Assembly: GCA_963731075.1 (NCBI GenBank)
Contig: CAVSUC010000008.1
Location: forward strand, 506 to 64,505
Reading direction: 5' to 3'
Origin: an uncultured Actinomycetota bacterium
GTDB lineage: Bacteria > Actinomycetota > Actinomycetes > Propionibacteriales > Nocardioidaceae
Length of the DNA stretch: 64,000 nt
In this document: one piece after another, positions 19,873 to 29,668 of the stretch
Numbering within the stretch: position 1 is the first letter of the stretch
Layout: each line of letters starts with the position of its first letter
Translations under genes and position numbers: made by a program
Notes under the pieces: generated by a model
The model's input: the letters and a program-made list of their open reading frames with translations, nothing else
Told to the model about the DNA's origin: nothing
The model's database searches: none

Positions 19873-20811
19873 TCAGCCGATGGACTCGCGGCCGTGCCGG
19901 GTGAGCCAGCCCGACGCGTCGGGTCCCTGGGGCACGATCCCCGAGGGATTCACGTCGCTCTGCACGACGTAGTAGTGCTCCTTGATCTGGTCGAAGTCGA
20001 TCGTCTCGCCGAACCCCGGGGTCTGGAACAGGTCGCGCGCGTAGCCCCAGAGGTGGGGCAGCTCGATGAGCTTGTTGCGGTTGCACTTGAAGTGGCCGTG
20101 GTAGACCGCGTCGAAGCGGGCCAGCGTCGTGAACAGGCGTACGTCGGCCTCGGTGATCGCGTCGCCCATCAGGAAGCGACGGTCGGCCAGCCGCTCCTCG
20201 AGCCAGTCCATCGTGGTCCACAGCCGGTCGTAGGCGTCGTCGTACGCCTCCTGCGACCCGGCGAACCCGCACCGGTAGACGCCGTTGTTCACCTCGGTGA
20301 AGACCCGCTTCATCACGGCGTCCATCTCCTCGCGGACGTCGTCGGGCCACAGGTCCGGAGCGTCGGGACGGTGGTGGTCGCGCCACTCGAAGAAGAAGTC
20401 GTGGGTGATCCACGGGAAGTCGTTGGTGACGACCTGCCCGGTCGCGATGTCGACCATCGCCGGCACGGTGATGCCGCGCTCGTAGCCGGGGTCCCGCGCG
20501 AAGAACGCCTCCTGCAGCCGGCGGATGCCCAGCACGGGGTCGACGCCGTCCGGGTCGAGGTCGAAGGTCCAGCTGAACTTGTCGTGCACCGGCCCGCACA
20601 GCCCCATCGAGATCACGTCCTCGAGGCCCAGCAGCCTGCGCACGATGATCGTGCGGTTGGCCCAGGGGCACGCCCGCGCGGCCACCAGCCGGTAGCGCCC
20701 GGGCTCGACCGGCCAGCGCTCGGAGTCACGCGTGATCCGGTCGGGCAGGTAGTTCATGTCGCGGTCGAAGCTCTCGCCCTGCTCCACGTACGTCGAGTCC
20801 CGAGTCACCAT
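19873..20811 (-). CDS. Glutathionyl-hydroquinone reductase (YqjG/Xi-class GST)
   Basis: [50 protein letters not shown]. Confidence 0.9.
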   Translation of the reverse strand: MVTRDSTYVEQGESFDRDMNYLPDRITRDSERWPVEPGRYRLVAARACPWANRTIIVRRLLGLEDVISMGLCGPVHDKFSWTFDLDPDGVDPVLGIRRLQEAFFARDPGYERGITVPAMVDIATGQVVTNDFPWITHDFFFEWRDHHRPDAPDLWPDDVREEMDAVMKRVFTEVNNGVYRCGFAGSQEAYDDAYDRLWTTMDWLEERLADRRFLMGDAITEADVRLFTTLARFDAVYHGHFKCNRNKLIELPHLWGYARDLFQTPGFGETIDFDQIKEHYYVVQSDVNPSGIVPQGPDASGWLTRHGRESIG

Positions 20812-20843
20812 GCCGTCAGTATGCCCGATAGTTGGCGTTTCAA

Positions 20844-21923
20844 TCACTTCGGGAAGGCGGCGGTGACCTCGAGCAGGAGGTCGTTGGCGGCCGGCTCCCC
20901 GATGCTGACCCGCACCCCCTCGCCGGCGAACGGCCGGACGGTGATGCCCGCGGCCTCCGCGGCGGCGACGAGCTCCGGGGTCCGATCTCCCAACGGCAGC
21001 CAGACGAAGTTGCCCTGCGCGTCGGGGACGGTCCAGCCCTGCGCGGCCAGCGCGGCGACCACGCGGTCGCGCTCGGCCACGATGGCCCCCACCCGCTCGA
21101 GCAGCTCGGGCTCGGCGGCCAGGCTCGCCACGGCCGCGGCCTGGGCGATGGTCGAGACCCCGAACGGCAGCGCACACGCACGGACGGCCGCCGCCACCTC
21201 CTCGTGCGCCACGAGGTAGCCGACCCGGAAGCCGGCCAGCCCGTAGGCCTTCGCGAAGGTCCGCATCACGGCGACGTTCGCGTGCGCCGCCTGGAGGCCG
21301 AGGGCGTCGACCGGGTCGTCGGTGCGGACGAACTCCCGGTAGGCCTCGTCCACCACGACGAGGACGTGGTCGGGCACCGTGGCCACGAAGGCCCGCAGGT
21401 CGGCGTCGCTCACCGAGGGTCCGGTCGGGTTGTTCGGCGTGCACACGATCACGAGCTTCGTCCGGTCGGTCACGGCGGCGGCCATCGCGTCGAGGTCGTG
21501 CCGGCCATCAGTCGTCACGGGCACCTGGACCGACACGGCGCCGGTCGCGGAGACGGCGATCGGGTAGGCCTCGAAGGAGCGCCAGGCGTAGACGACCTCG
21601 TCACCGGGATCGCAGAACGCCTGCAGCAGGTGGTAGAGCACGGCGACCGAGCCGGTGCCGGCGGCGAGCCGCTCCCGAGGTACGCCGAGCCGGTCGGCGA
21701 GCGCGTCGTACAGCGCGGTGTTGCCCATGTCGGGATAGCGGTTCATCACCGCCACCGCTGCCTCCGCCGCCTCCACGACCCCGGCCAGCGGCGGGAAGGG
21801 GTTCTCGTTGGAGGAGAGCTTGTAGACCTGCTGGCCAGGGCGCGGGGCGGGCGGCTTGCCCGCGACGTACGTCGGGATCGCCGCGACGGCCTTCCGGGGG
21901 CGAGGGGGGTTCTGGTGGCTCAC
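20844..21923 (-). CDS. hisC: Histidinol-phosphate/aromatic aminotransferase (HisC/Pat)
   Basis: [46 protein letters not shown]. Confidence 0.88.
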   Translation of the reverse strand: MSHQNPPRPRKAVAAIPTYVAGKPPAPRPGQQVYKLSSNENPFPPLAGVVEAAEAAVAVMNRYPDMGNTALYDALADRLGVPRERLAAGTGSVAVLYHLLQAFCDPGDEVVYAWRSFEAYPIAVSATGAVSVQVPVTTDGRHDLDAMAAAVTDRTKLVIVCTPNNPTGPSVSDADLRAFVATVPDHVLVVVDEAYREFVRTDDPVDALGLQAAHANVAVMRTFAKAYGLAGFRVGYLVAHEEVAAAVRACALPFGVSTIAQAAAVASLAAEPELLERVGAIVAERDRVVAALAAQGWTVPDAQGNFVWLPLGDRTPELVAAAEAAGITVRPFAGEGVRVSIGEPAANDLLLEVTAAFPK

Positions 21924-21942
21924 CGGACCAACCTATGCGCTT

Positions 21943-22839
21943 TCACGGCAGGGTGACGCGGCCTCCGGCGACGGGCGCCAGGTCGCGACCGAGGCGTACG
22001 TCGAGCGGGTTGGTGAGGCAGCGGATGGCGCCGCCGCCCTTGAGGAACTCGTCGACCTCGACGATCACCACCTCGAAGTCCCACGCCTCGAGCTGGGAGC
22101 GGACGCGGTCGGGGCAGGCAGGCATCACGACGGTGCGCCCGAGAACGATCGAGTTGGCGCAGAAGGTCAGCGCCTCCTCCTCGGTGAGCACCAGCGGGTC
22201 AGGGACCAGGGCGAGGAGGGCCGCGGCCGAGGCCTCGTCGTACGCCGTCGGCGCGACCATCGCGTGGGTGTCGTCGAGGGGGCAGAACCCGATGTCCATG
22301 TGGTACATCCCGGGGTTGGTGATCCGGAACCCGCGCACGCTCACGCCGAGCTCGCCGGCCAGGTGCTTGAGGGCGAGCTCCTCGGTGCGGGGCCCGTAGC
22401 CGACGACCAGCTCACCGCGCCAGGCGAAGGCGTCGCCGGCCTCGAAGTGGGCGCCGACCCCGTCCCGACCGACGGAGCGACGGGTGAAGCCGTGGCCCGC
22501 GAACCACTCGGCGGCCGCGGGAGTCTCCATCCGGCGCTGGGCGTAGCGCATGTGCGAGAGCACCACCTGGCGCTCGTCCCCGTCGACGGCGAGGCCGAGG
22601 TTCATCGCGTAGACCATGTCCGGGGCCTCGGGCAGCTGGGGCAGCGTCTCGACGTGACCACCCGCGGCCTCGATCGCCGCGATGATCGCCCTCCACTGCT
22701 GACGCGCACGCACCGGGTCGGGCTGGTCGTCGAGGTGCATGAACGGGTTGATCGTGTAGTCGACGCGGAAGTGGTTCGGCTCGACCATCAGGTAGTCGAG
22801 GCCCCACGCGAGCTCCTCGACCTCGTGATGCGTGTTCAT
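21943..22839 (-). CDS. Amidinotransferase/dimethylarginine dimethylaminohydrolase family protein
   Basis: VDYTINPFM, PDMVYAMN, FEAGD, YHMD, EFLKGGGAIRCLT. Confidence 0.88.
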   Translation of the reverse strand: MNTHHEVEELAWGLDYLMVEPNHFRVDYTINPFMHLDDQPDPVRARQQWRAIIAAIEAAGGHVETLPQLPEAPDMVYAMNLGLAVDGDERQVVLSHMRYAQRRMETPAAAEWFAGHGFTRRSVGRDGVGAHFEAGDAFAWRGELVVGYGPRTEELALKHLAGELGVSVRGFRITNPGMYHMDIGFCPLDDTHAMVAPTAYDEASAAALLALVPDPLVLTEEEALTFCANSIVLGRTVVMPACPDRVRSQLEAWDFEVVIVEVDEFLKGGGAIRCLTNPLDVRLGRDLAPVAGGRVTLP

Positions 22840-22885
22840 CTGCCCTCCTTCGGACCGGGTGTCGGCGTGCTTCTGTCAGATTGCC

Positions 22886-22949
22886 GGATTGTCCGACAAT
22901 CCCAGTGTGCGCCACCAGGGGTGCACAACGCAAAGAATTGTCGGACAAT
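22886..22949. promoter_or_regulatory. Two GntR-type palindromic operators
   Basis: GGATTGTC-C-GACAATCC (22886-22902) and ATTGTC-G-GACAAT (22937-22949) between the divergent DDAH and GntR genes. Confidence 0.75.
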
Positions 22950-22958
22950 CGGACTGTC

Positions 22959-23648
22959 ATGAATGACACAGCCCTCTCGGACCCCTTCGCCACGCTCAGC
23001 CTGGAGCCGGTCTCGACCGTCGACCGGGTGGCCGATGAGCTGCGGCGCTCGCTGTTCGAGGGCGAGCTGGGCCCGGGCACGCCGTTGCGCGAGATGGCGC
23101 TCGCGGCGGCGCTGGGGGTATCCCGCTCCACCGTGCGCGAGGCCCTCGCCATCCTCGTCGCCGAGGGGCTGGCCGACCGGGTCCCCAACAAGGGCACCCA
23201 GGTGCGCCGGCTCGACCCGGAGCAGGTCCGCGACGTCTGCCACGCGCGCGTGGTGATCGAGACCGCCGGCGTACGCCGCTGGGACCAGGCCGAGGACCAC
23301 CTGCGCGACGAGGTACGCCGGGCCCTGCAGGCATTCTCCGACCTCACCGACACCGAGCACAGCACCGCCGAGTTCACCGCGGCCCACCTCGACATCCACC
23401 GCGCCCTCTCGGCCCTGACCGGGTCGGCCCGGCTGGTCGCGGTCGCCGACTCGCTGCACGCCGAGGTCCGGCTCGCCCTGGCCCACGTGGACCGGGCCCG
23501 TGGGAACGCCGTCGAGCAGGTGCACTCCCATGCCGACCTCCTCTCCCTGCTGGAGAAGAGCGACCTCGACGCCGCTGCGGACGAGCTGGCCGAACATCTG
23601 GCCGGCGCGGAGGCCTCGATGCTCGAAGCCCTCTCGCTGCACGCGTAG
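22959..23648 (+). CDS. GntR (FCD) transcriptional regulator
   Basis: GELGPGTPLRE..LA..LGVSRSTVREAL..L..EGL; FCD C-terminus. Confidence 0.9.
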   Translation: MNDTALSDPFATLSLEPVSTVDRVADELRRSLFEGELGPGTPLREMALAAALGVSRSTVREALAILVAEGLADRVPNKGTQVRRLDPEQVRDVCHARVVIETAGVRRWDQAEDHLRDEVRRALQAFSDLTDTEHSTAEFTAAHLDIHRALSALTGSARLVAVADSLHAEVRLALAHVDRARGNAVEQVHSHADLLSLLEKSDLDAAADELAEHLAGAEASMLEALSLHA

Positions 23649-23653
23649 ACCAC

Positions 23654-23659
23654 TACGCT
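23654..23659 (+). promoter_or_regulatory. Putative -10 box of a leaderless promoter for the telA-pknG operon
   Basis: TACGCT 6 nt before ATG 23666; no SD visible. Confidence 0.45.
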
Positions 23660-23665
23660 GACCGC

Positions 23666-24046
23666 ATGAAGTTCCTCACCTGGCTCGCGGTCAACGCCCT
23701 GGCGCTGGGCGCGGCCACCTGGCTCCTGGACGGGATCACCCTCACCGGTGGCACCGACACCGAGAGGCTCGTGACGCTGCTGGTGGTGGGAGCGATCTTC
23801 GGGCTGGTCACGTCCTTCGTCCGCCCGGTCGTCCGGCTGCTGTCGCTGCCCCTGATCGTGGTCACCCTGGGCCTGATGCTGCTCGTGATCAACGCGCTGA
23901 TGCTCCTGCTCACCAGCGCGATCGCCGACGGCATCGACCTCGGTTTCCACGTGGACGGCTTCTGGACCGCCCTGTGGGGCTCCATCGTCATCTCGATCGC
24001 CTCGATCATCCTCGAGGCGATCTTCCCCCACCCCGACCGCCGCTGA
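23666..24046 (+). CDS. 4-TM 'phage holin family' (YvlD-like) membrane protein
   Basis: FGLVTSFVRPVVRLLSLPLIVVTLGLMLLVINALML, VDGFWTALWGS. Confidence 0.85.
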   Translation: MKFLTWLAVNALALGAATWLLDGITLTGGTDTERLVTLLVVGAIFGLVTSFVRPVVRLLSLPLIVVTLGLMLLVINALMLLLTSAIADGIDLGFHVDGFWTALWGSIVISIASIILEAIFPHPDRR

Positions 24047-24057
24047 GGAAGACGACC

Positions 24058-25287
24058 ATGACCGATGCACAGCAGCCCGCCCCCCTGCAGCCGCCGGCCG
24101 CGACCGAGTCGGCGCTGGCGCTGACGGCGCCCGCTCCCCCGGCCGCGGTCGCCACCACGGCCGCCCCCCAGATGGCGCCGGCCGTGGAGGCCGCGGCCCT
24201 GCCGGGCCTGGACGCGAAGGTCGACGGCTACCTCACCGCGCTGCTCAGCGCCACCCCGCGCTCGCCCGAGTTCGCGGCCAAGGCGACCGACGTGCGGACC
24301 ATGGGCGACACCGACATCCGCCAGGCCGCGGAGACGTCCAACCGGCTGCTGAAGTCCCCCGTCAAGGCGCTGCAGGAGGGCGGCCTGTCGGAGGGGTCGA
24401 AGGTGGGTGCCACCCTCCTCGAGCTCCGCCGGACGGTCGAGGACCTCGACCCCAAGGAGGCCACAGGGGCCAAGAAGCTCCTCGGCATGATCCCGTTCGG
24501 CGACCGCGTGACCGACTACTTCCGCAAGTACCAGTCGGCCGAGAAGCACCTCGACGGCATCCTGCACGCCCTGCGCGAAGGACAGGACGAGCTCGGCAAG
24601 GACAACGCCGCGCTCACCATGGAGAAGCAGCTGCTCTGGGACGCGATGGCCCGCCTGAACCAGTACGTCTACGTCGCCGAGCGCCTCGACGCCCGGCTCG
24701 CCGCGGGGATCGCCGACCTCGAGGCCAGCGACCCCGAGCGGGCCCGGGCCCTGCGCGACGACGTCTTGTTCTACGTCCGCCAGAAGCACCAGGACCTGCT
24801 GACCCAGCTCGCGGTCTCGATCCAGAACTACCTGGCCATCGACATCGTCATCAAGAACAACATCGAGCTGATCAAGGGCGTCGACCGGGCGTCGACCACG
24901 ACGATCTCCGCGCTGCGCACCGCCGTCATCGTGGCGCAGGCCCTCGGCAACCAGAAGCTCGTCCTCGACCAGATCACGGCCCTGAACACCACCACCTCCG
25001 GCATGATCGAGCGGACCAGCGAGATGCTCCGCGACAACTCGGTGCGGATCCAGGAGCAGGCCGCGTCGGCGACCGTCGGCCTGCCGCAGCTGCAGGCGGC
25101 CTTCGCGAACATCTACGCCACGATGGATGCCATCGACACCTTCAAGGTGCAGGCCCTGGACACGATGGCCGCCACCATCGGGACGCTGGAGACCGAGGTG
25201 ACGAAGTCGCGGGCCTACCTCGAGCGCGTCGAGCAGCAGGACACGCAGGTGCAGCACGGGTCGCTCGACCTCGGCGAATCGCCGTGA
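24058..25287 (+). CDS. telA: Toxic anion resistance protein TelA/KlaA
   Basis: LLELRRTVEDLDP, YFRKYQSA, DELGKDNA, RQKHQDLLTQLAV, NNIELIKGVDRA. Confidence 0.88.
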   Translation: MTDAQQPAPLQPPAATESALALTAPAPPAAVATTAAPQMAPAVEAAALPGLDAKVDGYLTALLSATPRSPEFAAKATDVRTMGDTDIRQAAETSNRLLKSPVKALQEGGLSEGSKVGATLLELRRTVEDLDPKEATGAKKLLGMIPFGDRVTDYFRKYQSAEKHLDGILHALREGQDELGKDNAALTMEKQLLWDAMARLNQYVYVAERLDARLAAGIADLEASDPERARALRDDVLFYVRQKHQDLLTQLAVSIQNYLAIDIVIKNNIELIKGVDRASTTTISALRTAVIVAQALGNQKLVLDQITALNTTTSGMIERTSEMLRDNSVRIQEQAASATVGLPQLQAAFANIYATMDAIDTFKVQALDTMAATIGTLETEVTKSRAYLERVEQQDTQVQHGSLDLGESP

Positions 25288-25317
25288 CGACGAGTCACCG
25301 CAAGGGATAGTGGGCGC

Positions 25318-25938
25318 ATGTCGGGTGGGTTCCTCGGCCGTCTCTTCGGCCGTCGCGATCAGGGGGTGCGCCCACAGGGCCGCCCGGGAGCACGTCCGGA
25401 CTTCGCCGCGCCCGCCGTACCCACCAGCGACGACCTGCTCGCCGCGCTCGCTCGCGTCGAGGCATTGGTGGCAGCAGGCGCCGTGCCCGCCCCGGTCGCG
25501 TCACGCGTACGCCGGGTGGACCGGGTCGTCCGCGACACCATCCCCCGGCTCGCCAGCCTCGGCATGGGCAGCGCCCAGGCCTACTCCGTGATGGCGACCG
25601 CGACGGACTACCTCCCCGAGGCGGTCTCCGGCTATCTCCGGCTGCCCCGACAGTTCGCCGACAACCGTCCCGTCGACCGCGGCAAGTCCTCGCTGATGGT
25701 CCTGATCGACCAGCTGGACCTGCTCGCCGCCACGATGGACAAGGTGTTCGACGCCGTGTGTCGCGACGACGCCGCCGCGCTCGTCGCGCACGGCCGCTTC
25801 CTGCAGGAGAAGTTCGGCACCGCCTCGACCGGGGGCGACCTGAACCTCGCCGAGGGACCCACCACCGGTCCGGCCACTCATCCGGCCACTCATCCGGCCG
25901 CTGGGCCGCTGCAGCCCCCGAGCGGGCGGGAGGCGTGA
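25318..25938 (+). CDS. XpaC-like TelA partner protein
   Basis: ATDYLPEAVSGYLRLP, LIDQLDLL, L.AHGRFLQEKFG; position directly after telA. Confidence 0.65.
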   Translation: MSGGFLGRLFGRRDQGVRPQGRPGARPDFAAPAVPTSDDLLAALARVEALVAAGAVPAPVASRVRRVDRVVRDTIPRLASLGMGSAQAYSVMATATDYLPEAVSGYLRLPRQFADNRPVDRGKSSLMVLIDQLDLLAATMDKVFDAVCRDDAAALVAHGRFLQEKFGTASTGGDLNLAEGPTTGPATHPATHPAAGPLQPPSGREA

Positions 25939-27311
25939 TGAGCGGAGGGACGCTCGGCCTCTCCGAGGCCGTCGACGCGCTGGCCAAGGTCGCCGCCTCC
26001 GCGGGCGCCGACGCCGAGGCCGCGCGGGCGGAGGCGCTGGCCCTGGCGGCGGCCGTGGCCGAGTCCGCGCCGCGGGCGGCCACCGACTGGGCCGACGCTG
26101 CCGGTGGCGCGACCTCGACCCAGGACTTCTTCGACGCGGCGAGCCGTGGTCGACGGTGGCGCGACTCCCCGACCGCGACCCTCAGCTCACTGTCGGCGCA
26201 GGGCTCGCCCCTCGCCGCGGACTACGCCAGGGGGCTGGCCGAGGTGGCCTCGGCGGCCTGCCTGCTCGGCGAGCCGACCATGCGGGTGATCGGCAACGCC
26301 TCCGTCGCAGCGGCGGCGCAGCTCGCGGCCGTGCAGCTCGCGGCCGTGCCGACGACCCCGCCACCGCGAGCCGGAGGGGGCGCCGTGGCCGCAGCGCCCG
26401 CCCGGCCGGAGCCCGCGGAGGACCAGCCCGTCACGCCGGAGAAGAGCCTCGACGAGCTGCTCGCGGAGCTCGACGGACTGATCGGGCTGGAGCGGGTCAA
26501 GCGCGAGGTGCACCGCCAGGTCGCGTTGCTGCGGGTCGAGAAGCTGCGGGGCGAGGCGGGCCTGAAGAGCCCGACGATCACCCGGCACCTCGTCTTCACG
26601 GGCAACCCCGGCACCGGGAAGACGACGGTGGCCCGCCTGGTCAGCGGCATCTACCACGCCCTGGAGCTGCTCTCCCAGGGCCAGCTCGTCGAGGTCGACC
26701 GCTCGGAGCTCGTCGCCGGCTACCTCGGCCAGACGGCCACCAAGACCGCCGACGTCGTCGCCTCCGCCGCGGGCGGGGTGCTGTTCATCGATGAGGCCTA
26801 CAGCCTCACCGGCACCGCCGTCGGCGGCGACCAGTACGGCCAGGAGGCGGTCGACACCCTCGTCAAGGAGATGGAGGACCGCCGCGACGACCTGGTCGTC
26901 ATCGTGGCCGGCTATCCCGCGCCCATGGCGGCGTTCATCGCCGCCAACCCCGGCCTGGCCAGCCGCTTCCGCACCACGATCGAGTTCGAGGACTACACCG
27001 ACGACGAGCTGGTCGCGATCCTGCTGCAGCTGGCGGCGGGCGCCGACTACGACGTGCTCCCCGAGGCCGCCGACCGGTTCCGTGAGGTGCTGGGCCGCAC
27101 GCCACGCGGGGACAGCTTCGGCAACGGCCGGTTCGCGCGCAACGCCCTCGAGGCGGCCATCGGGCACCACGCCTGGCGCCTGAGGGAGGACACCGCCCCC
27201 ACGCTCGAACAGCTCCGGCAGCTGGTGGCCCAGGACTTCGACGAGGAGCCGCTCTCCGAGCAGGCGTCGGACCGGGCCCCCGCGCCGTCTCCGGGGGAGG
27301 ATGCGACATGA
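25938..27311 (+). CDS. AAA+ ATPase, CbbX/SpoVK/EccA-like, with Ala-rich helical N-domain
   Basis: TGATG overlap; LIGLERVK, HLVFTGNPGTGKTTVAR, VLFIDEAYSL, NPGLASRF, FGNGRFARN. Confidence 0.9.
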   Translation: MSGGTLGLSEAVDALAKVAASAGADAEAARAEALALAAAVAESAPRAATDWADAAGGATSTQDFFDAASRGRRWRDSPTATLSSLSAQGSPLAADYARGLAEVASAACLLGEPTMRVIGNASVAAAAQLAAVQLAAVPTTPPPRAGGGAVAAAPARPEPAEDQPVTPEKSLDELLAELDGLIGLERVKREVHRQVALLRVEKLRGEAGLKSPTITRHLVFTGNPGTGKTTVARLVSGIYHALELLSQGQLVEVDRSELVAGYLGQTATKTADVVASAAGGVLFIDEAYSLTGTAVGGDQYGQEAVDTLVKEMEDRRDDLVVIVAGYPAPMAAFIAANPGLASRFRTTIEFEDYTDDELVAILLQLAAGADYDVLPEAADRFREVLGRTPRGDSFGNGRFARNALEAAIGHHAWRLREDTAPTLEQLRQLVAQDFDEEPLSEQASDRAPAPSPGEDAT

Positions 27312-28660
27312 CGACCATCAGGAGCACCGCCCAGCCGGCGGTCCCGGCGCCGGAGCCGGTCCCCGGCGGCGCACCGGCCCAGGCCGCGCCCCCGTCGTAC
27401 GCCGCCCGCCAGGTCGCCGGCCTCCGGCACGTCGTGCGGGCCGGCTTCGAGGGCACGCCCGGCCGGCTCAAGGCCGTCGGTGCGATCACCGTCGTCGCTG
27501 CCCTGCTCTTCGGCCTCGCCGCCGGCTGGTCGTTCCGGGCCGCCGACGGCGCCCTCTCGCGCGCCGGTGCCAACACCGACCAGCTCGTGCGCGTGCAGGC
27601 CGTCCAGAACAACGTGGTCCAGGCCGACGCCGATGCGACGAACGCCTTCCTGGTCGGCGGCCTGGAGCCCGCCGCGCAGCGCGACGACTACACGGCCGCG
27701 GTCACGTCCGCCTCGAAGCTGATCGCGGAGGCGGCCCGGAGCCAGCCTGCCGACGGCGCCGCGCTCGGCGCCCTCAACCAGGCGTTGGTCACCTACGCCA
27801 GCGAGATCGAGCAGGCGCGCGCCAACAACCGGCAGGCGCTGCCGATCGGAGCGCAGTACCTCAAGGACGCGAGCGCCGACCTCCGCGCCGACGCGCTCCC
27901 ACCGCTGACCAGCCTGGTCGACGCCAACAACGAGCGGGTGGCGGCCGAGTTCGACAACGCGGGGTCCGCCGTCACGTGGCTGCTCCTGACGGGACTGCTC
28001 ACGCTGCTGGTGCTCGCGGGCGGACTGGTGTGGCTGGCCCGCCGCACCCGCCGCTACGTCAACGTGCCGCTGGCGGCCGCCGCCGTGATCGTGCTCGTCA
28101 CCCTGGCCGCGGGCACCGCCGGCCTGGCCGGCATCAGCGGCAAGGTGCACACCGTGCGCGACGGCGTCTACGCCGCCACCCTGTCCACCGCGCAGGCGCG
28201 CATCGCCGGGTTCGACGCCAAGTCCAACGAGAGCCTGACCCTCATCGCCCGTGGGTCGGGCGCCCCCTTCGAGGCCTCCTGGAAGGCCTCGGACACGGTC
28301 GTCCGCACCCAGATCGCGCGGCTGGAGGGCAACTCCGCGTCCGCCGACCTCGAGCCGCTCCCCTGGTCGGGCTACGCCGCGGTGCACCGGAAGATCCGCA
28401 CGCTCGACGACGGCGGCAACTGGGACGCCGCCGTGAAGCTCGCCACCGGCACCACCTCCTCGTCGGGGAACACCTCGTTCGCGCGCTTCGACACGAGCTC
28501 GGACCGGCAGCTGACCGCCCTGGGCCAGAAGACCGCGTCCCAGCTCGACCAGGCGGGCGGCTGGCTCGCCTTCGCCTCGGTGCTGGGGCTGCTGGCCGGG
28601 ATCGTCGCCGCCCTGTTCGCCTGGTGGGGCGTCTCGCAGCGGCTGGAGGAGTACCGATGA
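27308..28660 (+). CDS. GlnX-like 4-TM sensor membrane protein
   Basis: ATGA overlap; TM-helical bundle-TM-TM-helical bundle-TM; ADADATNAFLVGGLEP, ARANNRQALPIGAQYL, C-terminal RLEEYR. Confidence 0.75.
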   Translation: MTTIRSTAQPAVPAPEPVPGGAPAQAAPPSYAARQVAGLRHVVRAGFEGTPGRLKAVGAITVVAALLFGLAAGWSFRAADGALSRAGANTDQLVRVQAVQNNVVQADADATNAFLVGGLEPAAQRDDYTAAVTSASKLIAEAARSQPADGAALGALNQALVTYASEIEQARANNRQALPIGAQYLKDASADLRADALPPLTSLVDANNERVAAEFDNAGSAVTWLLLTGLLTLLVLAGGLVWLARRTRRYVNVPLAAAAVIVLVTLAAGTAGLAGISGKVHTVRDGVYAATLSTAQARIAGFDAKSNESLTLIARGSGAPFEASWKASDTVVRTQIARLEGNSASADLEPLPWSGYAAVHRKIRTLDDGGNWDAAVKLATGTTSSSGNTSFARFDTSSDRQLTALGQKTASQLDQAGGWLAFASVLGLLAGIVAALFAWWGVSQRLEEYR

Positions 28661-28684
28661 GCCCCCGACGCGCCAGGCCTCACG

Positions 28685-29668
28685 GTGGCGACCCTCGCGC
28701 TCGGGCTGCTGCTCACCGCGTGCTCGTCGGGCGGCGTCTACGAGACCACGAAGGTGCCGAGGCCCAGCGCGACGCCGGCTCCGACAGCCGCGCCACCCGC
28801 TGCCGCCGCGCCCTCCGGTGGCGACGTGACCACGGCCAACTGCCTCAAGACCTACGCACCGGCCGACACCCTGCCCACCCCGGGCGACATGCCGAACAAC
28901 TCGACGATGGCGCGGATCCAGAAGCGCGGCCGCCTGATCGCCGGCGTCTCCGCCGACACCCTCCTGCTGGGGGCCCGCAACCCGATCAGCGGGCAGATCG
29001 AGGGCTTCGACATCGACCTGCTGCACGCCGTGTCGCAGGCGATCTTCGGCGACCCCGACCGGATCGAGCTGCGCGTCGTCACGGCGGCCCAGCGGCTGCC
29101 CGTTCTGCAGGACAGGAGCGTGGACATCGTCGCCCGCAACATGACGATCACCTGCGTCCGCTGGAAGGACATCGCCTTCTCCAGCGAGTACTACCGCTCC
29201 GGCCAGAAGGTGCTGGTCCGGCTCGGCGAGAAGACCGCGAGCGGCGGCCGGATCACCGGCATGGAGGACCTCACGGGCAAGAAGGTCTGTGCGCCCAACG
29301 GGTCCACGAGCATGGACAAGCTGCGGACGTTCAAGGGTCTCGAGCCGGTGGGGGCCGACGCGCACACCGGGTGCCTGGTGCTGTTCCAGCAGGGCAAGGT
29401 CGACGCGATCACCGGTGACGACACGGTGCTCGCCGGCCTCGCGGCGCAGGACCCCTACGCCGAGGTGGTCAAGGAGCCGGCCTTCACCGCCGAGCCGTAC
29501 GGCCTGGGCATCAACAAGGGCGACGTCGACTTCGTGCGCTTCGTCAACGGCGTGATCGCGAAGATGAAGAGCGACGGCCAGTGGGCGAGGAACTACCAGC
29601 GGTGGCTGGCCGACTCGCTCGGCAAGGCCCCGCAGCCGCCGGCCGCTGTCTACGGACGCGAGCCGTGA
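28685..29668 (+). CDS. glnH: GlnH-like glutamate/aspartate-binding lipoprotein (SBP family 3)
   Basis: Lipobox LTAC; RGRLIAGV, IEGFDIDL, MTITCVR, DAITGDDTVLAGL, EPYGLGI; true start probably ATG 28657 with an indel near 28675. Confidence 0.82.
   Translation: MATLALGLLLTACSSGGVYETTKVPRPSATPAPTAAPPAAAAPSGGDVTTANCLKTYAPADTLPTPGDMPNNSTMARIQKRGRLIAGVSADTLLLGARNPISGQIEGFDIDLLHAVSQAIFGDPDRIELRVVTAAQRLPVLQDRSVDIVARNMTITCVRWKDIAFSSEYYRSGQKVLVRLGEKTASGGRITGMEDLTGKKVCAPNGSTSMDKLRTFKGLEPVGADAHTGCLVLFQQGKVDAITGDDTVLAGLAAQDPYAEVVKEPAFTAEPYGLGINKGDVDFVRFVNGVIAKMKSDGQWARNYQRWLADSLGKAPQPPAAVYGREP

Noticed and set aside
23666-24046. Prophage suggested by the 'phage holin family' gene
   Set aside because: No endolysin, structural or integrase genes; YvlD-like proteins are commonly chromosomal.
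25870-25900. 12-bp repeat CCGGCCACTCAT (PATH-PATH) in the XpaC-like tail
   Set aside because: Short in-frame slippage in a low-complexity tail; no evidence of function.
25938-27311. Type VII secretion locus (EccA-like ATPase)
   Set aside because: No WXG100, EccC/FtsK, EccB/D or mycosin genes in the window.
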